Part shown: piece after piece, positions 34,953 to 44,764 of the stretch
Layout of the letters: the number at the start of each line of letters is the position of its first letter
How positions within the stretch are numbered: position 1 is the stretch's first letter
From: Pyrinomonadaceae bacterium
Lineage (GTDB): Bacteria; Acidobacteriota; Blastocatellia; Pyrinomonadales; Pyrinomonadaceae
Direction of reading: 5' to 3'
Assembly: GCA_046262195.1 (NCBI GenBank)
Contig: JBHENG010000004.1
Span: forward strand, 1-61,361
Length of the DNA: 61,361 nt
Position numbers and translations under genes: made by a program
The notes under the pieces: generated by a model
The model's database searches: none
What the model saw: the letters and a program-made list of their open reading frames with translations, nothing else
Told to the model about the DNA's origin: nothing

Positions 34953-34978
34953 GAATTAAACGACCAATGGTTTAATTC
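34953..34978. other. perfect 9-bp A/T-rich hairpin between the ispA-like stop and the xrt start
   Basis: GAATTAAAC-GACCAATG-GTTTAATTC. Confidence 0.7.
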
Positions 34979-35002
34979 TTCCTCGTTGTTCGAGCAAAAT
35001 GC

Positions 35003-35890
35003 TTAGTTGTTTCGGTTTACGACGAAGTGGGCCAGGTCTGATAAATGGGCGGTGTCCCGGCCGATCGTCTTGAGAACCTGACAAGCCTTTTCATGAATAT
35101 CCATGATTATCGATTTTGTCCGATCGACACCGTAACTGCGGGGATACGTCGCTTTTCCCGCGCCTGCGTCTTTGCCCGCAGTCTTCCCGAGAGTGCTGGT
35201 TTCCGCGGTGACATCCAGTAGATCATCCGTCACTTGAAACAGAAGGCCAAGGTGGCTCGCATAATCCTGAACAGCCACTACTTCCTGCGGCGATGCATTA
35301 CCGATGACTGCTCCGCCGATCGCCGCAAACGCTATCAAGGCCCCCGTTTTCTGTTGATGGATCCTATCGATTTCTTCGGCTGCCAAATTCTTTTCTTCGC
35401 TTTGGAGATCGAGTTGTTGTCCAGAGATCATGCCGGACGGCGTGCCCGCACTGTCGGCCAGCAGGGATATTAGCTCAACACGCTTGTCTGGGGATAGTGT
35501 CGTGTCCTCCGCGATGGCTTTGAATGCAAGGGTCTGCAGGGCATCACCGGCAAGAATAGCTGTGGCTTGGCCAAACTGACGATGACAGCTGGCACGGCCA
35601 CGCCGCAGATCGTCGTTGTCCATGGCCGGGAGGTCGTCGTGGATCAAGGAATAGCTGTGGATCATTTCCAGCGCAGCGGCTGTTTTCCATAGACATTCCT
35701 CCCGTGCCTCGAAAGTAAGACCCGCCGCTATAACGATCGCAGGCCTAATGCGCTTGCCGCCGGGAAACAGGCCCCATCTGATCGCTTGATGGAGCAGCTT
35801 TGGCTCTTGGGCGGCCGAAGGTACGAGCTGATCAAGAGTCGAATCTACTCTCTCGCCCACGGTCGATAGAAGCTCTTGGGTAGTGAACAT
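35003..35890 (-). CDS. polyprenyl diphosphate synthase (FPP/GGPP synthase)
   Basis: The first aspartate-rich motif is LIHDDLPAMDNDDLRRG. The second is FQVTDDLLD. Confidence 0.85.
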   Translation of the reverse strand: MFTTQELLSTVGERVDSTLDQLVPSAAQEPKLLHQAIRWGLFPGGKRIRPAIVIAAGLTFEAREECLWKTAAALEMIHSYSLIHDDLPAMDNDDLRRGRASCHRQFGQATAILAGDALQTLAFKAIAEDTTLSPDKRVELISLLADSAGTPSGMISGQQLDLQSEEKNLAAEEIDRIHQQKTGALIAFAAIGGAVIGNASPQEVVAVQDYASHLGLLFQVTDDLLDVTAETSTLGKTAGKDAGAGKATYPRSYGVDRTKSIIMDIHEKACQVLKTIGRDTAHLSDLAHFVVNRNN

Positions 35891-35977
35891 AGGTCGAAAT
35901 TATCAAGTATATTCAACCATTAGCAAAATAAAGTTTTTTGCGAATCATTAGAGGATATTGTAGATTGCTCAGATACT

Positions 35978-36454
35978 ATGCCGGTTGCGAATCAAGAGTT
36001 CCGACGTGCTCTATCCTGCTTTGCAAGCGGTGTTACCGTTGTCACCACGAGAGACCGGGCGGGAAAACCATTTGGCATAACGATATCTGCCTTTTCTTCC
36101 CTCTCGCTCGACCCGCCGCTCATCCTGATATGCGTTGAAAAGACTACTGTAAGCCATCGGGCACTTACTGAAGCGGAAAGGTTTGTCGTGAACATTCTCG
36201 AGGAAACTCAGCTCCACGTTTCGGAGCGCTTCGCTAGCCCCGCAGATCCTAAATTCTTGAGCGATGAGCTGGCCGGCGAGGAGGGAGCACTCCCAATGCT
36301 TCCCAATGCGCTGGCATACCTGGAATGCTCAATCACAAACGTATATGAGGGCGGCGACCATTCAATATTTGTTGGTGAGGTATTACGAACAATTGTTAAC
36401 GGTGGAAACCCGCTCATCTATTTTCACGGCACGTATAGAGAGCTGAAAAATTAG
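35978..36454 (+). CDS. flavin reductase-like (NAD(P)H:FMN oxidoreductase) protein
   Basis: 158 aa. FRRALSCFASGVTVVTT....FGITISAFSSLSLDPPLILICV is typical of the Flavin_Reduct domain. Confidence 0.75.
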   Translation: MPVANQEFRRALSCFASGVTVVTTRDRAGKPFGITISAFSSLSLDPPLILICVEKTTVSHRALTEAERFVVNILEETQLHVSERFASPADPKFLSDELAGEEGALPMLPNALAYLECSITNVYEGGDHSIFVGEVLRTIVNGGNPLIYFHGTYRELKN

Positions 36455-36497
36455 ACGGGGCCGGCAATGTCGATGCGGCATTTCGATCGAATTTGCA

Positions 36498-36526
36498 TTC
36501 ATAATTGCACCTTAAAATGCTAAAAT
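36498..36526 (+). promoter_or_regulatory. candidate extended -10 promoter for nrdJ
   Basis: TTCATA (36498-36503), a 17-nt spacer, and TG at 36518-36519 preceding TAAAAT (36521-36526). Confidence 0.3.
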
Positions 36527-36569
36527 TGAACTGATCCCGGCAGAATTTCATCATAGAGACGGAGTGAGT

Positions 36570-39077
36570 ATGAGCACAATGTTCGAATCAGCTATCAGCA
36601 GCTTTCTCGAAAAGAACGGTGTCGGAAGCGGCATGTGTGTTTCGAAGGCTCGCGACTTTGCTCCCGTCGGATTTAACGCCGAAAAGATAGTTAGTCGCCG
36701 CTATTCTCTCAAGGACGAGAAAGGCAGATCGTTCGAGACATGGGCCGACATAGTTGGTCGGGTCGTGGGGCATGTCTCCCAGGCCGAGTCTGATCCTTAC
36801 AAGCAAAAACTCTTTTATGACGACATGTCAGCGATCATGCTGGCTCGTGAGTTCATTCCGAACACACCCTGTTTGGTAAATGCCGGCAAACCCAAAGGAC
36901 AATTGGCGGCCTGTTTTGTTCTTAACGTCCCCGATTCCATCGAAGGGATCATGCAGCATGCGCAAAATGTCGCCGTGATCCACCAAACCGGCGGCGGAAC
37001 AGGCATGACGTATGAGTTTCTCCGACCGGCGGGATCCATGGTCAACTCGACACGTGGTGTAGCCTCTGGTCCGGTCAGTTTTATGAACATCGTCAATCAG
37101 ACGACGGAGGTAATCAAGCAGGGTGGAGTGCGCCGCGGCGCGAATATGGGCATCCTGAGCGTATCTCACCCGGATATCCTTCGCTTTATTCACGCCAAAA
37201 ACGACCAGTCGAGTCTAACGAATTTCAACATCTCCGTGACGGTTCCCGACATGTTCATGGAGGCTGTGGAAAAACGTATCTGGTTTCAAACCGAGTTTAA
37301 TAATGAGCCATGGACGCACGCAATATTTGATTCCGTTACGGGCTCCGACTACGTTCTTTACCGCGCCAAAGACGGCTCAACCGCGACATTTGCTGACAGA
37401 CTTGCGTTTGAAACTGCTGATCTTTCGCAACAAACCGTCGAGGAGCCGCCAATGCCTGGGATGGTATACGCTCCCGATATTTGGAACCGGATCATTGCGT
37501 CGGCCCACAAATACGCCGAGCCGGGTGTCATCTTTATCGATGAAGTGAACCGGCACAATCACCTCATGGCGTCCATGGGTCCGATCTATGCATGCAATCC
37601 TTGTGGTGAACAACAACTTCATTTCAATAATTCCTGCAATCTGGGGTCTATAGACGTGTCGAAGTTTTTCGCGGATAACTCTGAAAGTGGTCCGGGCGTC
37701 GCGTGGGAACGCCTTTCCTCGGTAACGCGACTATGTACTCGGTTTTTGGACAATGTTATCGACGTCGGGCATTTTCCACTGCCGGAGATCGATGACACGG
37801 TAAAACGGACGAGACCTGTTGGACTCGGCATCATGGGTTTTGCCGACCTGTGTTTGAAGCTCGGTATAACATACGGCAGCGGCCAATCGATCAACCTGAT
37901 GGAAAAAGTCATGGGGTTTGTCCGAAAAGAAGCTTGGCTTGCCTCGCTTGAACTTGGAAGAGAAAAGGGTGCATTTCCCGAGTTCGAAGCAAACCGGGAA
38001 TCCTACACGCGTTTTATTTATGATGACCTCGGCATTCCGCGTGACATCCCGCTTACACCGCGAAATTATGAAGTAACAACGGTCGCTCCAACCGGGACCA
38101 TTTCTCTCGTGGCGGAAACATCATCTGGGATCGAACCGAATTTTTCATGGGCATACGTGCGGCAGGACACCGTTGGGACCCGGACGTACGTGCATACCCT
38201 CGCGGCGGAAGCCCTCGGGATCAATGTAGATCAATCCGATGAGGCTTCTATTAAAAATGCAGCCGAGTATGTTGTGACGCACCAAAATGAGTTGCCGGCG
38301 CACTTCATTTCTGCGATGGATATTCCGGCTCCGGATCACGTAAGAGTTCTTGCTGCGGCCCAGAAACACGTTGACAACTCTATTTCCAAGACATGCAACG
38401 GTGCTGCGGACGATACGCTGCAGTCCGTGGAGGATCTCTATCGTCTTGCGAGGCAATTAGGATGCAAAGCGGTCAGCTACTATCGGGATGGCAGCCGCGA
38501 GGGCCAGGTTTTGACCTCGATGAAAGCCACCCTGCCCCAGCCTGAAGCTCCGCCTTTGAGCGAGCCTGATACCATTGCACCGAAAGCTTATAACTACGAC
38601 GCGGCGGAAAAGGTCGATCGCCCGCGCGAGCTTCAAGGCTCAACATGGCGAATTCCCTTCGAAGGCCAGAACCTTTACGTCACGGTTAATCACGATGGTC
38701 AGCGGATACTCGAGATCTTCGTAGCCGGTCCGATAAGTGCCGGGGTAGGCTTGTTGACATCAAAGATGCTGCGAGGCGGCTTCGACGCAAAAGATGTCGC
38801 TCGAAGTCTCAATAAGGTGACTTCGACCCACGCGGTCTGGTTCAACGAACGGCTTCTTACCTCTCCCGAGCAGGCCGTGGCGGAATGCCTGCTGCTGATC
38901 GACCGACGCCTCAAGGGACTTCCGGAATCCGTCCGAGCCCAGGGGAAAACACTCGCGATCGAAACAACCGGGACCATGGCAAGTCTGATTACCGAATGTC
39001 CCGAGTGCGGCGGACAGCTCGAACATGCGTCGGGCTGTGACTCGTGCCGGGACTGTGGTTACTCAAAGTGTAAGTAG
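36570..39077 (+). CDS. nrdJ: class II (adenosylcobalamin-dependent) ribonucleotide reductase with C-terminal Cys-rich tail
   Basis: RNR motifs include ..NTPCLVNAG.., ..ACNPCGEQ.. and ..ISKTCN... The C-terminus is [27 protein letters not shown] preferred the ATG at 36570, which has GACGGAG upstream, over the GTG at 36564. Confidence 0.9.
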   Translation: MSTMFESAISSFLEKNGVGSGMCVSKARDFAPVGFNAEKIVSRRYSLKDEKGRSFETWADIVGRVVGHVSQAESDPYKQKLFYDDMSAIMLAREFIPNTPCLVNAGKPKGQLAACFVLNVPDSIEGIMQHAQNVAVIHQTGGGTGMTYEFLRPAGSMVNSTRGVASGPVSFMNIVNQTTEVIKQGGVRRGANMGILSVSHPDILRFIHAKNDQSSLTNFNISVTVPDMFMEAVEKRIWFQTEFNNEPWTHAIFDSVTGSDYVLYRAKDGSTATFADRLAFETADLSQQTVEEPPMPGMVYAPDIWNRIIASAHKYAEPGVIFIDEVNRHNHLMASMGPIYACNPCGEQQLHFNNSCNLGSIDVSKFFADNSESGPGVAWERLSSVTRLCTRFLDNVIDVGHFPLPEIDDTVKRTRPVGLGIMGFADLCLKLGITYGSGQSINLMEKVMGFVRKEAWLASLELGREKGAFPEFEANRESYTRFIYDDLGIPRDIPLTPRNYEVTTVAPTGTISLVAETSSGIEPNFSWAYVRQDTVGTRTYVHTLAAEALGINVDQSDEASIKNAAEYVVTHQNELPAHFISAMDIPAPDHVRVLAAAQKHVDNSISKTCNGAADDTLQSVEDLYRLARQLGCKAVSYYRDGSREGQVLTSMKATLPQPEAPPLSEPDTIAPKAYNYDAAEKVDRPRELQGSTWRIPFEGQNLYVTVNHDGQRILEIFVAGPISAGVGLLTSKMLRGGFDAKDVARSLNKVTSTHAVWFNERLLTSPEQAVAECLLLIDRRLKGLPESVRAQGKTLAIETTGTMASLITECPECGGQLEHASGCDSCRDCGYSKCK

Positions 39078-39099
39078 ATCTCTCTTTCCCCGCATCTAA

Positions 39100-40758
39100 G
39101 TGGTGGCGATGTTTAGAAATCTCTCATTACAGGTCTGCCTTTCTCTTTTGATCGCATCCGGCGTGAGTGCGGCACTCAGCGCCTCGGCTGCATACTCAGT
39201 CGAGCCGCAGATCACTCCGACGCCTACCGCGACGCCAACGCCGTCCACCTCGCTAAAACCGATCGTAACTCCGTCGCCGACTCCGACGCCGCGGATCCAA
39301 ACGTTGGAGGAGCTCCAGTCAAAGATCAGGCAGCGCGTGTTTTCCTCGGACGTCCGCCGCGGTCGTGTCGGCGTAAAGATCGTTTCGCTGAACTCGGGAA
39401 AGATGATTTTCGAAAACGACTCTGAAAAATATTTCATGCCTGCGTCGAACATGAAGAACTTTACGGTCGCGGCAGCCCTGGAAAAGCTCGGGCCCGACTT
39501 TAAATTCGTCACCTCGGTTTACGCGAACTCTCACCCCGATGCAAACGGAACGATCCTTAGCGACCTCCGAATCTACGGACGGGGTGACATCTCGATTTCG
39601 ACAGCTTTTTTCGGGACCTCGGCAAGTGACCCGGAGACGTATCACAAAGGTATCGACCGCCTTGTCGATCGCATCGCGGCGGCAGGCGTGAAGCGCGTGG
39701 AGGGCAGCATCGTCGGCGATGAGAGCCATTTCAAAGGGTTCGCTATCCCGGGAACATGGGAGTGGGACGACCTGCAGTGGTATTACGGAGCCGAGATCTC
39801 GGCCCTTTCTATCAATGACAATGCTGTGGATATCAGTGTCATGCCCGGATCGACGGTGGGCAGCCCATGCGTTGTCACTATCTCGCCGCCCAACACGCTT
39901 TTTCAAATAAACAGCACTTGCACAACGGGTGGGGCAAGACGGGCACTAGGCATCAACAAACGCCTGGACCGAAACGTGTTGGAAATAACGGGTAGCATCC
40001 CCTCCAATGACGCGGGCTATCGAAGCTCCATCACGATTACGCACCCGGCTGACCTTTTCGTATCGATATTAAAGCAGCGCCTCGAGAAACGAGGTATTCC
40101 TGTCGCGGGCACTGCGCGGACCATGGTCCCAAACACCGTCATCGACACCAATGTGGAGATCGCGAAACTCGAGTCGCCCCCTTTTCGTGAGATCGCCGCA
40201 AAAACAATGAAGCCGAGCCAGAACATGTTTACCGAGACTATCCTCTGGACGCTGGGTGAGTATGCGCGAGAACGTAGTTCATCCGAGTCAACCGCCAATG
40301 GCGTCTCGTCTGGCATCCGAGATAGTTTTCAGCTGGGTATCGCAGCGGTGAAAGAGTTCTCGACGTCCATTGGGATCCCTGCGGACGGGATAGTGCAGCA
40401 TGATGGCAGCGGCCTCTCGCGTCATGACCTCATCACGCCATCTGCTGTGGTAACGCTTTACACGCACATGGCCAACAAAAGCCGACATGCCCAGGTTTGG
40501 AGCGACAGTCTGACGATCGGCGGGGTGGATGGAACTCTGGCAAACCGTTTTCGCGGCACGGCGGCGGCTGGAAACATTCGCGGAAAGACGGGCACCATCG
40601 ACCAGGTCTCAGCACTCTCGGGCTATATGACCACGGCTGCGGGCGAACGGCTCGTATTGTCTATCGTGGTCAACGGGGTACCGGAGACCCGTACGCGCAC
40701 GTCTTTGATCGACGCGATCGTGACAGATCTGGCTAACTTTAACGGGAAGATCAACTGA
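39100..40758 (+). CDS. dacB: D-alanyl-D-alanine carboxypeptidase/endopeptidase (PBP4, peptidase S13)
   Basis: Signal peptide and a Thr/Pro-rich linker. PASNMK is the SxxK active site, and ..KTGT.. lies near the C-terminus. The start could instead be the ATG at 39109. Confidence 0.8.
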   Translation: MVAMFRNLSLQVCLSLLIASGVSAALSASAAYSVEPQITPTPTATPTPSTSLKPIVTPSPTPTPRIQTLEELQSKIRQRVFSSDVRRGRVGVKIVSLNSGKMIFENDSEKYFMPASNMKNFTVAAALEKLGPDFKFVTSVYANSHPDANGTILSDLRIYGRGDISISTAFFGTSASDPETYHKGIDRLVDRIAAAGVKRVEGSIVGDESHFKGFAIPGTWEWDDLQWYYGAEISALSINDNAVDISVMPGSTVGSPCVVTISPPNTLFQINSTCTTGGARRALGINKRLDRNVLEITGSIPSNDAGYRSSITITHPADLFVSILKQRLEKRGIPVAGTARTMVPNTVIDTNVEIAKLESPPFREIAAKTMKPSQNMFTETILWTLGEYARERSSSESTANGVSSGIRDSFQLGIAAVKEFSTSIGIPADGIVQHDGSGLSRHDLITPSAVVTLYTHMANKSRHAQVWSDSLTIGGVDGTLANRFRGTAAAGNIRGKTGTIDQVSALSGYMTTAAGERLVLSIVVNGVPETRTRTSLIDAIVTDLANFNGKIN

Positions 40759-42172
40759 TCTGGTTGCCTGATCGCAGTGTGTCTAAAAGTTTTTCGTGGA
40801 TATTCCCAAAACCACCATTCGACATTATCGCAACGACATCGCCCTCACCTAATTCGGGCGTCAGGTGCCCGACGATAGTGTCTGCATCGGGAAAACTCAG
40901 TACGGGCTTGCCTTGAAGTGCTATATCGGCCACCAGTTCGTCGACATCCAGCACTTTGCCTAGCTCACTCGCCTTTGAAGTGTTATATACACCTGCAATT
41001 ATCACGTAATCCGCATAGACGAATGCTTTGGCATACGGCTCCTGAAAGACCGCGAGACGCGAAGACCACGTTCGGGGTTCAAAAACCGCGATCAGGCGAC
41101 GGCCCGCATACTTGGTTCGGAGTGCCTTAAGAGTTTCTTCGACGGCTGTTGGATGGTGGGCAAAATCGTCAATCACGGTGACGCCACGCTCAACTCCGCG
41201 TACCTCAACACGTCGCTTCACCGATTTGAACGTTTGGAAGGCCTCCTGCAGCTTCTCTTTAGACACGCCCCACGCATCCGCGGCGATTATAACTGCCATG
41301 CAGTTGCGTACATTGAATTCGCCTATCAGATTCGTCTCGAAATCATCCCATTCATTGCCGTCTTTATATACTGAGAACCGTGTCACTTCGCCTGTAAAGT
41401 CAATGTCCCGGACCTGCCACTTCGCATCGTCCGAGAGCCCAAAAGTCTCGATCTGCGTATAAAGCCGTCCCTCCATCTCGTTCAGCACCTCTCGGACAAC
41501 CGGTGAATCGACCCCCACGATCAAGCGGCCATTTGAAGGGACGAGATTCATCAGCCTGGAGAACTGGAACTTTATCTCAATGAGGTCGCGGTAAATGTCG
41601 GCGTGGTCAAATTCTATATTTCCAACGATCGCGATCTCGGGCAGATAGTGCATAAACTTGGGTTTCTTGTCGAAATACGCTGTGTCGTATTCGTCGCCCT
41701 CGATTACAAAGTGATCGCTTTCTGTCACCCTAAAGCTTGCACCGAAATTCTGGACTATTCCCCCTACCAGAAAGCCCGGATCAAGGCCGCCCACCTCACA
41801 AACCCAGGCCGCGATGCTGCTCGTGGTGGTCTTTCCGTGCGTGCCGGCGATGACCAGAGACCGTTTTCCACGGATAAACTCTTCTTTGACTATCTCCGCT
41901 TGGGAGCGATATAAAAGCTTGCGATTTAGCACTTCCTCGAGCTCGGCATTGCCGCGAGAGATCGCATTCCCAACAACGGTTACATCGGCGCCAATGTCCG
42001 CGTTTTCCGCTTTGTAACCATTAAGTAGCTCGATGCCGAGTGCCTCGAGCTGCGTAGACATCGGAGGATATACGTTTTGATCCGAACCCGTAACTTTATG
42101 TCCGCGCGCCTGCAGCATACCCGCAAGGCTGGCCATTGCGGTACCGCATATTCCGATCAAGTGATAGTTCAT
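40751..42172 (-). CDS. mpl: UDP-N-acetylmuramate:L-alanyl-gamma-D-glutamyl-meso-DAP ligase
   Basis: HLIGICGTAMASLAGML and GTHGKTTTSS are present. The Mur-ligase architecture is short (473 aa), as is typical of Mpl. It overlaps the dacB 3' end by 8 nt (convergent). Confidence 0.85.
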   Translation of the reverse strand: MNYHLIGICGTAMASLAGMLQARGHKVTGSDQNVYPPMSTQLEALGIELLNGYKAENADIGADVTVVGNAISRGNAELEEVLNRKLLYRSQAEIVKEEFIRGKRSLVIAGTHGKTTTSSIAAWVCEVGGLDPGFLVGGIVQNFGASFRVTESDHFVIEGDEYDTAYFDKKPKFMHYLPEIAIVGNIEFDHADIYRDLIEIKFQFSRLMNLVPSNGRLIVGVDSPVVREVLNEMEGRLYTQIETFGLSDDAKWQVRDIDFTGEVTRFSVYKDGNEWDDFETNLIGEFNVRNCMAVIIAADAWGVSKEKLQEAFQTFKSVKRRVEVRGVERGVTVIDDFAHHPTAVEETLKALRTKYAGRRLIAVFEPRTWSSRLAVFQEPYAKAFVYADYVIIAGVYNTSKASELGKVLDVDELVADIALQGKPVLSFPDADTIVGHLTPELGEGDVVAIMSNGGFGNIHEKLLDTLRSGNQIS

Positions 42173-42291
42173 GTTTTATCCCGAAAACCTGCTAGCTGGC
42201 TTGATGCCACCCGAAACGGTATTAAAACATCTTAATTTACCGCGGGCCGTTTGATGAAGTTTCGACGTTATTCCCGACCGCTTTTTCGCTT

Positions 42292-43362
42292 ATGAGACTT
42301 GTCATTGCCCTTATGTTGAGCGTCGGGCTGCTTTTTAACTGCATACCCGTTGCCACCTTTGAGACGGATCAATTTAACCTGTCTCCCATGCCCCTCGCGG
42401 ACGTTGGTGAGGAGGTGACTGAGTACGTGATCTCGCAACTACAGGAGGCCGTCCATGACGTCAACTCCAGGATAGCTGAAACCGAAGCGTGTCTCGCCGC
42501 CCCTCGAAAAAGGGGGTGCGATTTATTGGACGATGAGCGAAAGAGGCTTAGGTATTTACGCTCTAACGACGCGGTGGCGAAAGCAGTTTATGACCTGGTT
42601 AGCGGCAGCAATCTGTTGACCACCAAGTTCGGAAACTGGATGCGTGCGCATAAATTTCGCGGGCAGCCATCAAGCTATAAAGCACCTTTCGCCGATACGA
42701 TCTATCGTCTTCGTCCTTCTGATTACCTCACGCTGAGTCCGACAGTGCGGCTGTACGGACATGAATTCGGCATCGACAAACTGGAACATCTTTTCCAGCA
42801 GGGGCACCAGTATTACACCCGTCAAAGGGAAGCCGTGGACAGCGGCAAGAGCTTGTCTGAGGGCTCCACGAAAGCTATTGAATGGGGAAAGCTGACCGAG
42901 CGGACCTACTACGGTCTTTTGACTTCTGGCGTCTATTCCAACGCTGATCTGACGGCCAATTACGTCGGTTTAAAGTTTTATCAAGGCTTATCCAATCCTG
43001 TACCGATCGGCGGATCACGGCCTGCTATGCTGCGTCTTGTGGATGGTAAATGGGCGGTTGCGAACCGCGCAACGCTTCACCAATACCTGCTTAAACCGTT
43101 CATCAGCGACCATCTAAACGAGGCATTTAACCCATCGAGCTACGCGATCTACCTCTACCCCTCGGTTCGACGGATCGTTCGGGATAAAGCGTGTGCCCAA
43201 TGGCGGCGAGTTTTGCCCGAACTAGACATGCAGGCGCTTGTCAGCACGGCCAAAGCGCTTGAGCTATGGCATGGTGAAGATTACGGCCATACGGCCCGTG
43301 CTCGAACGCTGCGATTCTCCGAAGTATGCTATGCACCCGGGACATTGCGCGGCAGGAGCTAG
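42292..43362 (+). CDS. secreted hypothetical protein
   Basis: 356 aa with an N-terminal hydrophobic signal (MRLVIALMLSVGLLFNCIPVA). I recognise no motif. Confidence 0.55.
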   Translation: MRLVIALMLSVGLLFNCIPVATFETDQFNLSPMPLADVGEEVTEYVISQLQEAVHDVNSRIAETEACLAAPRKRGCDLLDDERKRLRYLRSNDAVAKAVYDLVSGSNLLTTKFGNWMRAHKFRGQPSSYKAPFADTIYRLRPSDYLTLSPTVRLYGHEFGIDKLEHLFQQGHQYYTRQREAVDSGKSLSEGSTKAIEWGKLTERTYYGLLTSGVYSNADLTANYVGLKFYQGLSNPVPIGGSRPAMLRLVDGKWAVANRATLHQYLLKPFISDHLNEAFNPSSYAIYLYPSVRRIVRDKACAQWRRVLPELDMQALVSTAKALELWHGEDYGHTARARTLRFSEVCYAPGTLRGRS

Positions 43363-43415
43363 GGGCCCGTAGCCGGCAAGATCGGTTGGTCGAGATTCCC
43401 GAGTGTGGGGCAAGA

Positions 43416-43604
43416 CTACTTCTTGCGGTCGCCCCGATCGCCCTGGCCGGGTTTTGTGTCGTTCTTGGCGGTCCGTTTTCGATCCTGGCTAAGGGAACGT
43501 CCCACATCGTCGCTCTCTTTGAACCTTCCTTTCTCGTCCCGCCGTACGTATCGTTTATCAGTTCCCGTATCGATCAGTTCCCTTTTGCTTCCAGCCTTCG
43601 CCAT
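43416..43604 (-). CDS. small highly charged protein (62 aa)
   Basis: Strong AGGAGG RBS 8 nt upstream of the ATG. The composition is Lys/Arg/Asp-rich (..DTGTDKRYVRRDEKGRFKESDDVGRS..). Confidence 0.6.
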   Translation of the reverse strand: MAKAGSKRELIDTGTDKRYVRRDEKGRFKESDDVGRSLSQDRKRTAKNDTKPGQGDRGDRKK

Positions 43605-43748
43605 TACGAGTTCCTCCTATAATTGTTCAGCCGATTGTTAGGCTGTTTATCTAAAATTAAAGTAAAACTTTAGGGCCGTTGTCAGGCTCATCACTAAGGC
43701 AAGTCGAATCCTATACGTCGACAGCCGTCGCCTGACCCCTAGGCCGTA

Positions 43749-44171
43749 TTGATTATGTCCGATCTCGAAGCTATCTACAAAAATGCCCTTTACGTTGTGG
43801 ATGCCGGGCCCCTTAAGTTCACGATCCGTCTAGATAATGAAAACAATTCTCTCCGTGAATTCCTGCGTCTCGGCAAGCATACCTCATGGGCGTTTTTGAC
43901 AGCCTATAACCCTAATTCTCAACCGCGTGCTGATGCTGAAAACGCCGCCCGACAGTCTGAACTTGTTGCCGATCTGGAGCGAAAAGGGTTTACCACGCTC
44001 GAAGGTTATGGCACGGGCGAAAATTGGCACCCTGAACCGTCGCTCTTCGTGCTCGACATTCGACGGGACGAGGCCATTGCCGTCGGTACGCGTTTCGGTC
44101 AGAACGCAATATTATGGGGTAGCATCGATAGCGATCCTGAATTGGTTTGGTGTGGAAAACCGGAGGCGTAG
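43749..44171 (+). CDS. DUF3293-like protein
   Basis: ..WAFLTAYNPNS.. and ..EPSLFVLDI....A...G..FGQNAILW.. match my recollection of DUF3293. Confidence 0.5.
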   Translation: MIMSDLEAIYKNALYVVDAGPLKFTIRLDNENNSLREFLRLGKHTSWAFLTAYNPNSQPRADAENAARQSELVADLERKGFTTLEGYGTGENWHPEPSLFVLDIRRDEAIAVGTRFGQNAILWGSIDSDPELVWCGKPEA

Positions 44172-44198
44172 CCATTCTCCTGCAACGAACCAAATTGC

Positions 44199-44660
44199 TC
44201 ACTGACCGGGTCTGGCCGAAAGCTGCACCGCAGATCCCGGCTCACGCCTACACGGCTCGGTACTTGCGGCTCCGGCTCTGTTCCTTGCCTGCCTGCCGGC
44301 GCCCGGCAGTGTCCTCTCGTCGACACGTAGCAGGCCGCACTCGACCTCCCCGAGCCGCAGTCTCAGCCCGTCGATCTGAGAACGCAGAAACTGGATTTCG
44401 GTGTCGTTATTATCTGTTATCCGCGGGGCAATAACGGACGAACGGGTTTGGCTTTCCATGCGATTTATTCTCGACTCTATGGAATAGAACCGTTGCTCGA
44501 TCTGATCTATCCGGCGCGCCAAAAACTGGTCCGTCTGGGCTGAAACCGTGGGCATGGCCGGATCCGAGAATGCAGCCGACATTGCGGTGTAGACGAGGAT
44601 CGCGGCTCCTCCCGCCACCAACGTTGTTTTGAATTTGTCATTTATTTTCTTGTACATCAT
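44199..44660 (-). CDS. membrane-anchored coiled-coil protein, unknown function
   Basis: N-terminal TM (TLVAGGAAILVYTAMSAAF), then heptad-like ..IDQIEQRFYSIESRINRMES.. and ..IQFLRSQIDGLRLRL... Confidence 0.45.
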   Translation of the reverse strand: MMYKKINDKFKTTLVAGGAAILVYTAMSAAFSDPAMPTVSAQTDQFLARRIDQIEQRFYSIESRINRMESQTRSSVIAPRITDNNDTEIQFLRSQIDGLRLRLGEVECGLLRVDERTLPGAGRQARNRAGAASTEPCRREPGSAVQLSARPGQ

Positions 44661-44764
44661 GTCGCCCCCGGTACTAATACTTATAGATAAATTCTAACAT
44701 TGGCCTGAATGTTGGCGACGTCAGCGAGAATTAGAATATAGTGTGTAAAAGTCGAGAGACCTCT

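Noticed and set aside
36455-36569. Possible cobalamin riboswitch or NrdR boxes upstream of nrdJ.
   Set aside because: The leader is too short for a B12 element. No pair of 16-bp ACACWATATWTWGTGT-like palindromes was seen. Only a promoter-like sequence is reported.
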